From: an uncultured Clostridia bacterium
GTDB lineage: Bacteria > Bacillota > Clostridia > TANB77 > UBA1234
DNA length: 64,000 nucleotides
Reading direction: 5' to 3'
Assembly (NCBI GenBank): GCA_947164995.1
Contig: CAMUYU010000002.1
Location: 3,909-67,908, forward strand
Every line of letters begins with the position of its first letter. The stretch's first letter is position 1. Of the stretch, positions 30,482 through 37,990 are shown one piece after another. A program made the position numbers and the translations under genes. Below the pieces are notes generated by a model that saw nothing but the letters and a program-made list of their open reading frames with translations, searched no databases and was not told the DNA's origin.

Positions 30482-31132
30482 ATGGAAATTAATTTAACTA
30501 ATGCAGACATTAATGCAATAAACACAAATGATAAGGATTATATCAATAATAAGGGTGCAAAGTTTTATAATGAAGGAAAATATGAAGAAGCGGTTGAATA
30601 TTATAGATTAGCTTCTGCAATGGGTGACACTCATGCAACGAGTAATTTAGGTTATTGCTATTTATATGGAAGAAGTATTCCTATAAATGTAGATTTTGCA
30701 ATTCAGTATTTTAAACTTGCAGCTAACAAGGGAGACTTAGATGCAATATATAAATTAGGTGATATATACAGCAGAGATAAATGGGGTAAGAAAGATCCTG
30801 AATTAGCAATATATTATTATTTAAAAGGCTTGCAAGAGTTTCAAGATGATTGGGGCGATGTTTATTATAATGATAGAACAAGGCTTTATCCAAGCTTATT
30901 CTTTGCAATTGGAAGAGAGACAATGCCAGAAGGTTTGTTAAATACAGATATTTATTTTGCATATGTTTGCTTAAATATTGCAAAAGAGGGCTATGAAGAA
31001 AGCTTAGCTAATGGTGAAGAAATGTATAGAGAATCTTATACTAATGTTTTGAATTTGTTACAAGATAGCGTATTCAATGATGTTAGAGAAAGATTTGAAA
31101 AAGAGTATAAAGATGAAGAAGATAAAGGATAG
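30482..31132 (+). CDS. Sel1-like/TPR repeat protein
   Basis: It has repeated A..YY..AA..G...A...LG.CY..G units. The TAG stop abuts copy 1 of the 36-bp repeat. Confidence 0.7.
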   Translation: MEINLTNADINAINTNDKDYINNKGAKFYNEGKYEEAVEYYRLASAMGDTHATSNLGYCYLYGRSIPINVDFAIQYFKLAANKGDLDAIYKLGDIYSRDKWGKKDPELAIYYYLKGLQEFQDDWGDVYYNDRTRLYPSLFFAIGRETMPEGLLNTDIYFAYVCLNIAKEGYEESLANGEEMYRESYTNVLNLLQDSVFNDVRERFEKEYKDEEDKG

Positions 31133-31167
31133 GTGTACAATACGGTAAATTTGAGGTATCGTACAAC
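31132..31167 (+). repeat. 36-bp repeat, copy 1 (GGTGTACAATACGGTAAATTTGAGGTATCGTACAAC)
   Basis: This is the reference copy. It contains the internal imperfect palindrome TGTACAATAC / GTATCGTACA. Confidence 0.9.
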
Positions 31168-31175
31168 CGAAGGCG

Positions 31176-31508
31176 GTGAGAAATCAATATGGCATTAAAG
31201 AAAGAGAAAGTCTTGAACTCGTTAATACACTTATTTCAAGAATTAGGAATGACCGAAACGGAGGCAACAGACTTGATAATGGCAATATCAATAACAAAGT
31301 CGGAGTTCAAGGTGCTACAGGCACTAAAGAACAGGTACGAGGGAAACGAGGACGTGCCGACGAAGGACGAAGTGAGAGAAATAGTAGCAAAAATAGCTTA
31401 GATAATATAGCTTATTCAAGAACCATTGAGGTGTACAATACGGTAAATTTGAAGTATCGTACAACGGAATGGGTTGTTGCCGAAAGAAGTGTTGAATACA
31501 ATAGTTAG
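31176..31508 (+). CDS. Hypothetical G/N/R-rich protein (111 aa) reading through repeat copy 2
   Basis: By hand count, third-position GC is about 29%, against about 52% for the alternative 70-aa frame (31189-31401). A confident gene in this window sampled at about 20%. The GTG start has a poor RBS, so coding status is uncertain. Confidence 0.3.
   Translation: MRNQYGIKERESLELVNTLISRIRNDRNGGNRLDNGNINNKVGVQGATGTKEQVRGKRGRADEGRSERNSSKNSLDNIAYSRTIEVYNTVNLKYRTTEWVVAERSVEYNS
31430..31465 (+). repeat. 36-bp repeat, copy 2
   Basis: It matches copy 1 at 35 of 36 positions (G>A at 31453). Confidence 0.9.
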
Positions 31509-32040
31509 AACAAACACGCAACCCCAACAACAAACGACATCAAACGTTGTTCCTGTCAATAACACCCCAACAAATGTTGCAAGACCAACACAGGAAGCTA
31601 CGGTTGTTCCACCACCTAACACATACACACCAAGCACAACGCTACCACCGTTGACTAACACAACAAACAGTAATATAATTTCCTCTGAAGAGGGGGAACT
31701 AATTAATGGACTTTCTAGTAATAGACCTGTTCAACAAGATGGCGGAAAAGGGAGTGTCGGGGAAAACACGAGTGGAAATATTGCAAGCCTTGAAAAAACG
31801 AGAGCAAATGGAAAAAGTGTACCTACATCTCAAAGTATTGCCACAGAACCTAACGGACAAGGAAATGAAGAAACTGGTGAAGAAACTCCTACAAGAATAG
31901 CAGAAGCCATGAAAAAAGCAGAAGATACTTTTGGCGAAACAGATGATTATAAATATAGTGCTTGGTTGACCACTAAGGTGTACAATATGGTAAATTTGAG
32001 GTATCGTACAACTACAAGCAAAAGAGCGACGTATGGTTGA
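31474..32040 (+). CDS. Hypothetical T/P/N/Q-rich low-complexity protein (188 aa) reading through repeat copy 3
   Basis: This is the longest ORF in the region. Hand-counted third-position GC is about 18% over its second half, against about 54% for the overlapping 64-aa alternative frame. The start is TTG. The tract is AC-rich, so several frames are open. Confidence 0.4.
   Translation: MLPKEVLNTIVRTNTQPQQQTTSNVVPVNNTPTNVARPTQEATVVPPPNTYTPSTTLPPLTNTTNSNIISSEEGELINGLSSNRPVQQDGGKGSVGENTSGNIASLEKTRANGKSVPTSQSIATEPNGQGNEETGEETPTRIAEAMKKAEDTFGETDDYKYSAWLTTKVYNMVNLRYRTTTSKRATYG
31977..32012 (+). repeat. 36-bp repeat, copy 3
   Basis: It matches copy 1 at 35 of 36 positions (C>T at 31988). Confidence 0.9.
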
Positions 32041-32160
32041 AAGAGTGCTAAATATATGGTACAATAGAACAAATAAATAATAGTGTAACGGTAGCACAGC
32101 TTGATTGAGCAAGTTTGCGTTCGACTCGCAATTATTTTTTATAATTTTTAATATTACTAA

Positions 32161-32189
32161 TAGACGTTATAACCTAACGTCTATTTTTT
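32161..32189 (+). terminator. Intrinsic terminator just upstream of repeat copy 4
   Basis: The stem is TAGACGTT/AACGTCTA with an 8-nt loop, followed by a T6 run. Confidence 0.7.
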
Positions 32190-32194
32190 ATGCA

Positions 32195-32230
32195 GGTGTA
32201 CAATACGGTAAATTTGAGGTATCATACAAC
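32195..32230 (+). repeat. 36-bp repeat, copy 4
   Basis: It matches copy 1 at 35 of 36 positions (G>A at 32224). Confidence 0.9.
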
Positions 32231-32392
32231 TTTTAAATAATAGACTTTTGGGACGTCCTTTAAAAGTCCAACAATTGTAACTAATTATGACATATTTATG
32301 GACTATCCTTTTTAACAAACCTTTGAAAAATTAGCCAAAAAAGCCACATCATCTAAGTATTTTTAGCGTACTTTAATGATGCGGCCATATTT

Positions 32393-32809
32393 TTATTTAT
32401 TTAAATAATCAAATACATTAATAGTTCCTGCTTCTTCTTCAATGTCAAGATCTGGAACTTTTTCAACCATTCTTGTAACGCCAGTTTCTTTCTCAACATA
32501 AAAATAAACAAATGCTCCTGTATAGCTACGAAATTTAATTTGATACTCATTGTCAGTCTCATCTTCTTTTACTAAATACATTGAAGAACTAGCAGGTGTA
32601 TAACCATATTTTTCATTACAATAGTTTTGAATTGCTTCATAAGCCGTCTCATCTGTTAATTGTGTTTCTACAGTTGAAGGCTCAACTATTGCGACTTCAG
32701 AATTGTCGGATGGTTTTGGTATATTTTTAATTTCTTCGTTAGTGTTGCTACATCCAACCATTAATAGTGCAATGGCTAGCGTAGTTGTTGCAAAAAATAT
32801 TTTTTTCAT
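32393..32809 (-). CDS. Small lipoprotein (139 aa)
   Basis: The signal peptide MKKIFFATTTLAIALLMVGC contains a lipobox. The start is set at the internal ATG at 32809 rather than the ORF-track start at 32968. Confidence 0.7.
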   Translation of the reverse strand: MKKIFFATTTLAIALLMVGCSNTNEEIKNIPKPSDNSEVAIVEPSTVETQLTDETAYEAIQNYCNEKYGYTPASSSMYLVKEDETDNEYQIKFRSYTGAFVYFYVEKETGVTRMVEKVPDLDIEEEAGTINVFDYLNK

Positions 32810-32878
32810 ATTAACAGCTCCTTCGAATGGTATTTTATCACAATTATGGGAGGTAGAACATATAAAGTGTCTTTTTAT

Positions 32879-33028
32879 CAATTTGGGACAACCCTTTTTG
32901 ACGTAACATAAAACTTTAACAAAGAAGGTATTACGTAAGTAGCGTAATACCTTTTTGTTTTGCCTCAAATGGAAAAAGTCAAATACTAGTAGTCTTATGT
33001 AACGTCAAAAAGGGCTGTCCCTAATTGA
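32879..33028. mobile_element. MITE-like unit: two inverted copies of the ~33-bp intergenic element flanking ~80 bp that contains a hairpin plus T-run
   Basis: 32879-32911 is the reverse complement of 32994-33028, with about 30 of 33 positions matching. The internal hairpin is AAGGTATTACG/CGTAATACCTT (32925-32953), followed by TTTG. Confidence 0.45.
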
Positions 33029-33199
33029 CGAAACCTACGTCATTTCTTGTCCGATTTCTATTGCCAAATTTTGAAATATAGTATATACAATTAATTAAGT
33101 TTGATTCAAAAAGATTTTATCTATAATTATTATTCATTATTTAATTTTTAAATTCTAAATTATTTCTTAAAGATTTTCCATCAAACAAATTTATATTTT

Positions 33200-33242
33200 T
33201 ATAACAAAAATGTTATAGACAAATTATAACATTTTTGTTATA
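33200..33242. promoter_or_regulatory. Perfect 18-bp inverted repeat (operator) overlapping the -10 of the toxin-antitoxin promoter
   Basis: TATAACAAAAATGTTATA (33200-33217) is separated by 7 nt from TATAACATTTTTGTTATA (33225-33242). TATAAT lies at 33239-33244, 16 nt before the ATG at 33260. Confidence 0.6.
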
Positions 33243-33259
33243 ATAGAAAGAGGTAAAAG

Positions 33260-33625
33260 ATGTATGAAGTTAAGTATTATCGTGATGATAATGGTTATTC
33301 AGAGATTGAAGAGTTAATAGAGTCGCTTAATAACCAAAATGGCAAGGATGCAAGAGTACAACTTGCAAAGATTAAAGCATATATAGAAATGTTAGAAAAA
33401 TATGGTAAATCTTTAGGATTTCCATATATGAGACCAATAATAGGAAGCAAGGAGCTTTGGGAGTTGCGACCACTGAGACATCGAATATTATTTGTTGCGT
33501 GGTACAACAATAGTTTTGTACTTCTTACACATTTTATAAAACGTACAGACAAAACTCCTAAAGTGGAAATAGAAAGAGCAGAAAGAGTGCTAAAGAAAAT
33601 GAAGGAGAGTGATTGTGATGAGTAA
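33260..33625 (+). CDS. RelE/HigB-superfamily toxin (phage Gp49-like)
   Basis: The 121-aa ORF has LWELRP...RILF...FVLLTHFIKRTDKTP. It overlaps the downstream HTH gene by 8 nt. Confidence 0.7.
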   Translation: MYEVKYYRDDNGYSEIEELIESLNNQNGKDARVQLAKIKAYIEMLEKYGKSLGFPYMRPIIGSKELWELRPLRHRILFVAWYNNSFVLLTHFIKRTDKTPKVEIERAERVLKKMKESDCDE

Positions 33626-33902
33626 AAATCTTGGTACCATGGAAGAACTATTTAAAAATGTAAAATTCACAAAAGAAGAGAAAGAAATGATTAGACTTGA
33701 AAAAGAGCTAATCGAAGCATGCATAAAAGGAAGAAAACGCAAAAATATTACACAAGTTGAGTTAAGTGAAATGACAGGGATTCCTCAGCCAACTATTGCT
33801 AGGCTTGAAGCTCAGACCAATTCACCCAAGGTCGATACACTTATGAAATATTTGTATGCTTTAGGGTACAGCTTAACTGTGGTTCCAATAAAGAAACAAT
33901 AA
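33618..33902 (+). CDS. XRE-family HTH antitoxin (HigA-like)
   Basis: It has ITQVELSEMTGIPQPTIARLE, an XRE-type HTH. It is coupled to the toxin gene. Confidence 0.7.
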   Translation: MSKNLGTMEELFKNVKFTKEEKEMIRLEKELIEACIKGRKRKNITQVELSEMTGIPQPTIARLEAQTNSPKVDTLMKYLYALGYSLTVVPIKKQ

Positions 33903-33913
33903 TTTAAGAAGAA

Positions 33914-33945
33914 AAAGACCTAGTTTTAAACTAGGTCTTTTTTAT
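33914..33945. terminator. Bidirectional terminator between convergent genes
   Basis: The stem is AAAGACCTAGT/ACTAGGTCTTT, flanked by an A-run and a T-run. Confidence 0.7.
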
Positions 33946-34589
33946 AACTCTTTAATTTCCTTTCCACAAGTTGAATACATAATATTATTTGCTTCTATAA
34001 CATTATATATTTTATTCTCTATCAAATAGTGCATTACTACATTTTCATTGCAATTTTTTGTTAAATAATAATCTGCAGATTTTAACAAAGCCAAAGAATC
34101 TTTAATAGATAACTCTAAACTTAAACATAGTTGCAACACAGTTCCTTTTGAAGGATGGTAGTTGTCGTTGCTTCTAATCTTTGAAAAAGTTTTTCTATCT
34201 ACTCCAGCCTTTTTATAAACCTCAACATCAGTTAAACCTCTACTATCAATCATTTCAAAAAGCAAATCTTTAAAAGTCTTTTCAGTTTTGGGTGGAAGCT
34301 TAATACCTTCAATAGCAGCACACTCAAAATTATCCATAGAGCCAGCAAAAAAAGAAGGCTCAGAGCTTCTTGCTTTTCTAGCAAATTCTTTTGGCTCAGC
34401 TTTTTTTGTAGCCCTAATACGATCTGTAAAAATAGCCTCTCTACATACACTCTCTTCACGCTTTTTAGCCTTTTTCTCTAATTTTTCTTGTAACTTTTTT
34501 AACTCCAGTTGCAATTTTTCAGGGATTTTAACAATAGTTGGTTTTGGCAATAAATCAAATTCCATATTTGTCTCCTTTAAAGCGACCAC
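33942..34589 (-). CDS. HTH-domain protein (215 aa), divergent from the VIT-vWA gene
   Basis: The C-terminal part reads LTDVEVYKKAGVDRKTFSKIRSN...PSKGTVLQLCLSLELS, an XRE-like HTH. The N-terminal part is a K/E-rich coiled coil. Confidence 0.6.
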   Translation of the reverse strand: MVALKETNMEFDLLPKPTIVKIPEKLQLELKKLQEKLEKKAKKREESVCREAIFTDRIRATKKAEPKEFARKARSSEPSFFAGSMDNFECAAIEGIKLPPKTEKTFKDLLFEMIDSRGLTDVEVYKKAGVDRKTFSKIRSNDNYHPSKGTVLQLCLSLELSIKDSLALLKSADYYLTKNCNENVVMHYLIENKIYNVIEANNIMYSTCGKEIKEL

Positions 34590-34682
34590 ATAGGTCTATA
34601 AACTGCGTATAATCATATCATGAAAGGTGGTTTTAGTAAAGCACTGGCCAAGCATTCTATGACCATTAGAAATTAGGAGGTT

Positions 34683-36935
34683 ATGAATATGTCAAAGTAT
34701 TTTATTAAAACAAATGAAGAAGTACCAGATTTTTATGAGTTGTCGCTTAAAAAAGTAAATATATCTGGAAATATTATAGGTAAGTTTGGAAACTTTACAA
34801 TCGAGCAAACATTTATTAACAACAAAACAAAGCCATTAGAAGTAAACTACACATTTCCAATTACAGAAACAGCAGTAGTTACAGGCTTTACAGTAAAAGT
34901 TGGTGAAAAAGTAATTCATGGAATTTGCAAAGAAAAAGAAGCAGCAAGAAAAGAATATGTAGAAAATCTATCTAGTGGAAACAGTGCATATCTATTAGAG
35001 CAAGACACAGCAAATGTTTTTAATGTGATGGTGGGTAAAGTGCTTCCAAATGAAGAAGTTAGAATTACAATTAGTTATTTAGAAATGCTTTCTGCAGTAG
35101 ATAACAACATTAGACTAATAATTCCTACATTGGTAAATCAAAGGTATAAATCTGCAATTACAGCAGGCCTAAACTATGGTAAAGTAGATTACACAGTAGA
35201 CTTTAACATTAGACTACAAAAGGCTTTAAAGTACACGTCAATTGAAGCAATTAATCACGATATCGAATGCTCAGAAGATGAAGAAGGCTTTGTACAAATA
35301 ACTGCAAAGAATTACGATATGAGCAAAGACTTTGTGCTAGATATGAGATTTAAAGATGAATTAGTTTCAAATGCTTACTGGGATTACTTAAAAGATTCAA
35401 ATAACAAAGTAGTGCTACTAAACTTTATGCCAGAAATAAACAAAGTAGACGATAGAGCAAAAGAATATATCTTTGTGGTGGATGTTTCAGGTTCAATGAG
35501 TTGTAGTGAAAAAATAGATAAAACAAAAGAAGCATTAAAAAGATGTTTAAAAGAACTTAGAGAAGAAGACAAGTTTAATATAGTTCCATTTGATAGCAAC
35601 TACACATACTACAAGGAGACTTCAATTAATGCCACAAAAACCAACAAAGAAGAAGCAATGAAATACATAGATGAACTTGATGCAAATGGTGGAACAGAAA
35701 TTTTAAATCCACTAAAATTTGCTTTGAATAAAAAAGCAGATAATAAAATTGTAATCATCTTAACAGATGGTGAAGTGGGCAATGAAAGTGAAATTACAAA
35801 CTACATTTCAAAGAATATATATAATAGCAGACTATTTGCAATTGGAATAGACACAAGTGTAAACACAGCATTTATACGTGCAATGGCAAAAGTAGGAAAC
35901 GGAAAAGCAGAGTTTATTTATCCAGATGAAGACATGGAAGAAGCAATAGTTAGAACGTTTGCAAGAATACAAACTCCAATGGTAAGCAATATAAAAATTG
36001 ATGCGGGAAGTTCTAAAATTTTGGGAGAAATAAAAGAAGAAAATGCATTGTTTAATCACGAGTTTTTCCAAGCAATAGTTCTTTTAGAAGACTTAAAAGA
36101 TGATATAACCTTAAAAGGAAAGTTAGGTGACGAACAATTATCTTGGAAGATTCCTAAAGAAGATATTGTATTAAGTGAAGAAAATATAAGACTAATATAT
36201 GCTAAAAAACAGATAGACTTGTACGAAGAACAAGTGCGTTCTTATGCAGACGATTACTACAATAAAAATGCTTCAAAGATGGCTGAAGAGTATAAGAAAA
36301 AGATAATAGAGCTTTCTTGCAAATATAATATTTCTTCAAAATACACATCATTTATTTCAGTAAATGAAAGAGAAGAAAAAGTATTTGAGCCGACTGAATT
36401 TGAAAGTGTGATGCTAAGTGGAGCAGAACTATATGATAAATGCTGTGATATGGATATGGGTATAATGTGCTGTGAAGAACCAATAGCACTTAGAAGTACT
36501 AAAGCTCGTAGTGCAAAAATGAGCGACTGCTGTATGATGCAACCACCATCACTTACAGAAGATGTAGTAGAAGATTTGTTTAGAGATAAGATAGATAACG
36601 TAGATATATACACTTTCTTACTTGGAATAATATATCTTCATGATGTTGCACCTGGCTCATCTTTGCAAAATATATTTAGAAAATATATGAAAGAACATGA
36701 AGATCAACTTTCTGATGAAACAGTTCAAAAGTTACTATTATATATGTGCAAGAAAAGAATATATGCAAAATATATTTTAGACAATCTATTAAGAGGCTTT
36801 GCAAAACAAACAATAGATACTAAAGCATCATATAACATAGATATAAGCTTGCTAGATTTTGGTGAAGATAAAAGTAAGAAATTACCTAATGGCGAAACAG
36901 TGAGAGAAAAAATAATTAATGAACTAACATATTAA
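34683..36935 (+). CDS. VIT + von Willebrand factor A domain protein (750 aa), with no signal peptide
   Basis: The N-terminal region looks like VIT (ISGNIIGKFGNFTIEQTF...VTGFTVKVGEKVIHG...RITISYLE). The vWA MIDAS motif is VVDVSGSM with ...GGTEI...ILTDGE. A Cys/Met-rich linker (CCDMDMGIMCCEE...DCCMMQ) and an unknown C-terminal domain follow. Confidence 0.8.
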   Translation: MNMSKYFIKTNEEVPDFYELSLKKVNISGNIIGKFGNFTIEQTFINNKTKPLEVNYTFPITETAVVTGFTVKVGEKVIHGICKEKEAARKEYVENLSSGNSAYLLEQDTANVFNVMVGKVLPNEEVRITISYLEMLSAVDNNIRLIIPTLVNQRYKSAITAGLNYGKVDYTVDFNIRLQKALKYTSIEAINHDIECSEDEEGFVQITAKNYDMSKDFVLDMRFKDELVSNAYWDYLKDSNNKVVLLNFMPEINKVDDRAKEYIFVVDVSGSMSCSEKIDKTKEALKRCLKELREEDKFNIVPFDSNYTYYKETSINATKTNKEEAMKYIDELDANGGTEILNPLKFALNKKADNKIVIILTDGEVGNESEITNYISKNIYNSRLFAIGIDTSVNTAFIRAMAKVGNGKAEFIYPDEDMEEAIVRTFARIQTPMVSNIKIDAGSSKILGEIKEENALFNHEFFQAIVLLEDLKDDITLKGKLGDEQLSWKIPKEDIVLSEENIRLIYAKKQIDLYEEQVRSYADDYYNKNASKMAEEYKKKIIELSCKYNISSKYTSFISVNEREEKVFEPTEFESVMLSGAELYDKCCDMDMGIMCCEEPIALRSTKARSAKMSDCCMMQPPSLTEDVVEDLFRDKIDNVDIYTFLLGIIYLHDVAPGSSLQNIFRKYMKEHEDQLSDETVQKLLLYMCKKRIYAKYILDNLLRGFAKQTIDTKASYNIDISLLDFGEDKSKKLPNGETVREKIINELTY

Positions 36936-36944
36936 ATATGTGAG

Positions 36945-37214
36945 GTGAAGCTGATGAAGAAGGCACTGCCATATATTTTATCTTGGGTATTTATATTACT
37001 TCTTTTTGCATTTGAAGACTTTAGAGAAGGCGTGTTTTGGCTTTTGGCCATGGGACTAACTGCTGAAGCATATATCTTTAGATATCTTTTCTTTGGCTGG
37101 ATTGCCATAAGCATTATATCTGCAATATACCACAAAGTGACCGGAAAGCCACCCAAAGGCGGCTCCGGTGGTAGTGGTGGAATGATAGGATGGCCGGATA
37201 GGAGTGAGAGGTGA
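36945..37214 (+). CDS. Small membrane protein (89 aa) with a GGSGGSGG tail
   Basis: It has three predicted hydrophobic helices and starts 9 nt after the VIT-vWA stop. Confidence 0.5.
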   Translation: MKLMKKALPYILSWVFILLLFAFEDFREGVFWLLAMGLTAEAYIFRYLFFGWIAISIISAIYHKVTGKPPKGGSGGSGGMIGWPDRSER

Positions 37215-37319
37215 GGAAAAGGAGATTTGAATGCTAATATTTACATAGTAATTAGCGGCGTTATAATAATTTCTTAAAGATGTAAGTTAAATGTTTGCGA
37301 CTATAAGCTTTCCACGTCA

Positions 37320-37348
37320 TTGAACTCGTTGCAATTGATTGGTATAAT
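37320..37348 (+). promoter_or_regulatory. Sigma-A promoter with an extended -10
   Basis: TTGAAC (37320-37325) is followed by a 17-nt spacer ending in TGG, then TATAAT (37343-37348). It lies 16 nt upstream of the ATG at 37365. Confidence 0.55.
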
Positions 37349-37364
37349 AACAATCGGGGTGAAA

Positions 37365-37955
37365 ATGATGGCTAACAAATTAAATATTAGTATTCCGAGA
37401 CCATGTAAAGAAGAAGTCGATAAATATTTAAAAAATTGGGATGAAAATGAAGAATTTGTTAAACAGGATTTTTGTTTAAATGCTCTTTTTAAAACACAAT
37501 ATCCGAAAAACAACAATATCTATGAAATATTAACCAAAGTTACAATGCTTAATGTTTTTTATGGAACCAATATTTTTAAAACTTATCCAGTTGCTAAGCA
37601 TATTTTAGAAATGAATATAGACAAAAAACTAACATCTAATGATGATTCAATAATAGACGATATTTCAAAAATTGAAATTAATGGTAAAAAGGTGAGATTA
37701 TATTCTTTTGCTACAAAGTATTGTAGTTTTCACAATCCAGAAGCATATCCTATTTATGATAGCTTTGTTGAAAAAGTCCTAAATTATTTTAGATGTAAAG
37801 ATCATTTTGCAGATTTTAAAATACAGGATTTGAAGAATTATTCAACATTTAAGGAAATAGTAAATAAGTTTGTAAATTTTTATAATCTTGAAGAGTATAG
37901 TGTTAAAGATATTGATAGGTACTTGTGGCAAGTTGGAAAAGAGTATTTCAAATAA
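37365..37955 (+). CDS. Hypothetical protein (196 aa)
   Basis: The ORF has an RBS (GGGGTGA) and the motif YSFATKYCSFHNPEAYPIYDS. I could not assign a family. Confidence 0.55.
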   Translation: MMANKLNISIPRPCKEEVDKYLKNWDENEEFVKQDFCLNALFKTQYPKNNNIYEILTKVTMLNVFYGTNIFKTYPVAKHILEMNIDKKLTSNDDSIIDDISKIEINGKKVRLYSFATKYCSFHNPEAYPIYDSFVEKVLNYFRCKDHFADFKIQDLKNYSTFKEIVNKFVNFYNLEEYSVKDIDRYLWQVGKEYFK

Positions 37956-37990
37956 TATTTTTATCTAATAAGGTTTTTAAGGAGGATTTT

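Noticed and set aside
31189-31900. Two helical-looking small ORFs (31189-31401, 70 aa; 31706-31900, 64 aa) that share a (V/I)LQALK(N/K)R motif
   Set aside because: Hand-counted third-position GC is about 52-54% in these frames. It is about 18-29% in the overlapping long frames, and about 20% in a confident gene sampled in this window. The shared motif can be explained by DNA-level similarity of the two segments. I kept them only as alternatives.
31416-32112. Minus-strand ORFs 31416-31661 (81 aa) and 31699-32112 (137 aa)
   Set aside because: They lie in the AC-rich, stop-poor tract where several frames are open. They are antisense to the better-supported + strand frame, and I saw no RBS.
32083-32139. 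A bona fide tRNA gene
   Set aside because: The T-arm and D-arm-like hairpins are present. However, the anticodon hairpin has a 6-nt loop, there is no variable region, and no 7-bp acceptor stem can be formed (the 3' side is TTATTTT).
31132-32230. The 36-bp direct repeats as a CRISPR array
   Set aside because: There are only four copies. The spacers are 262, 511 and 182 bp, which is far too long and irregular. The spacers contain ORFs and a terminator, and no cas genes lie in the window.
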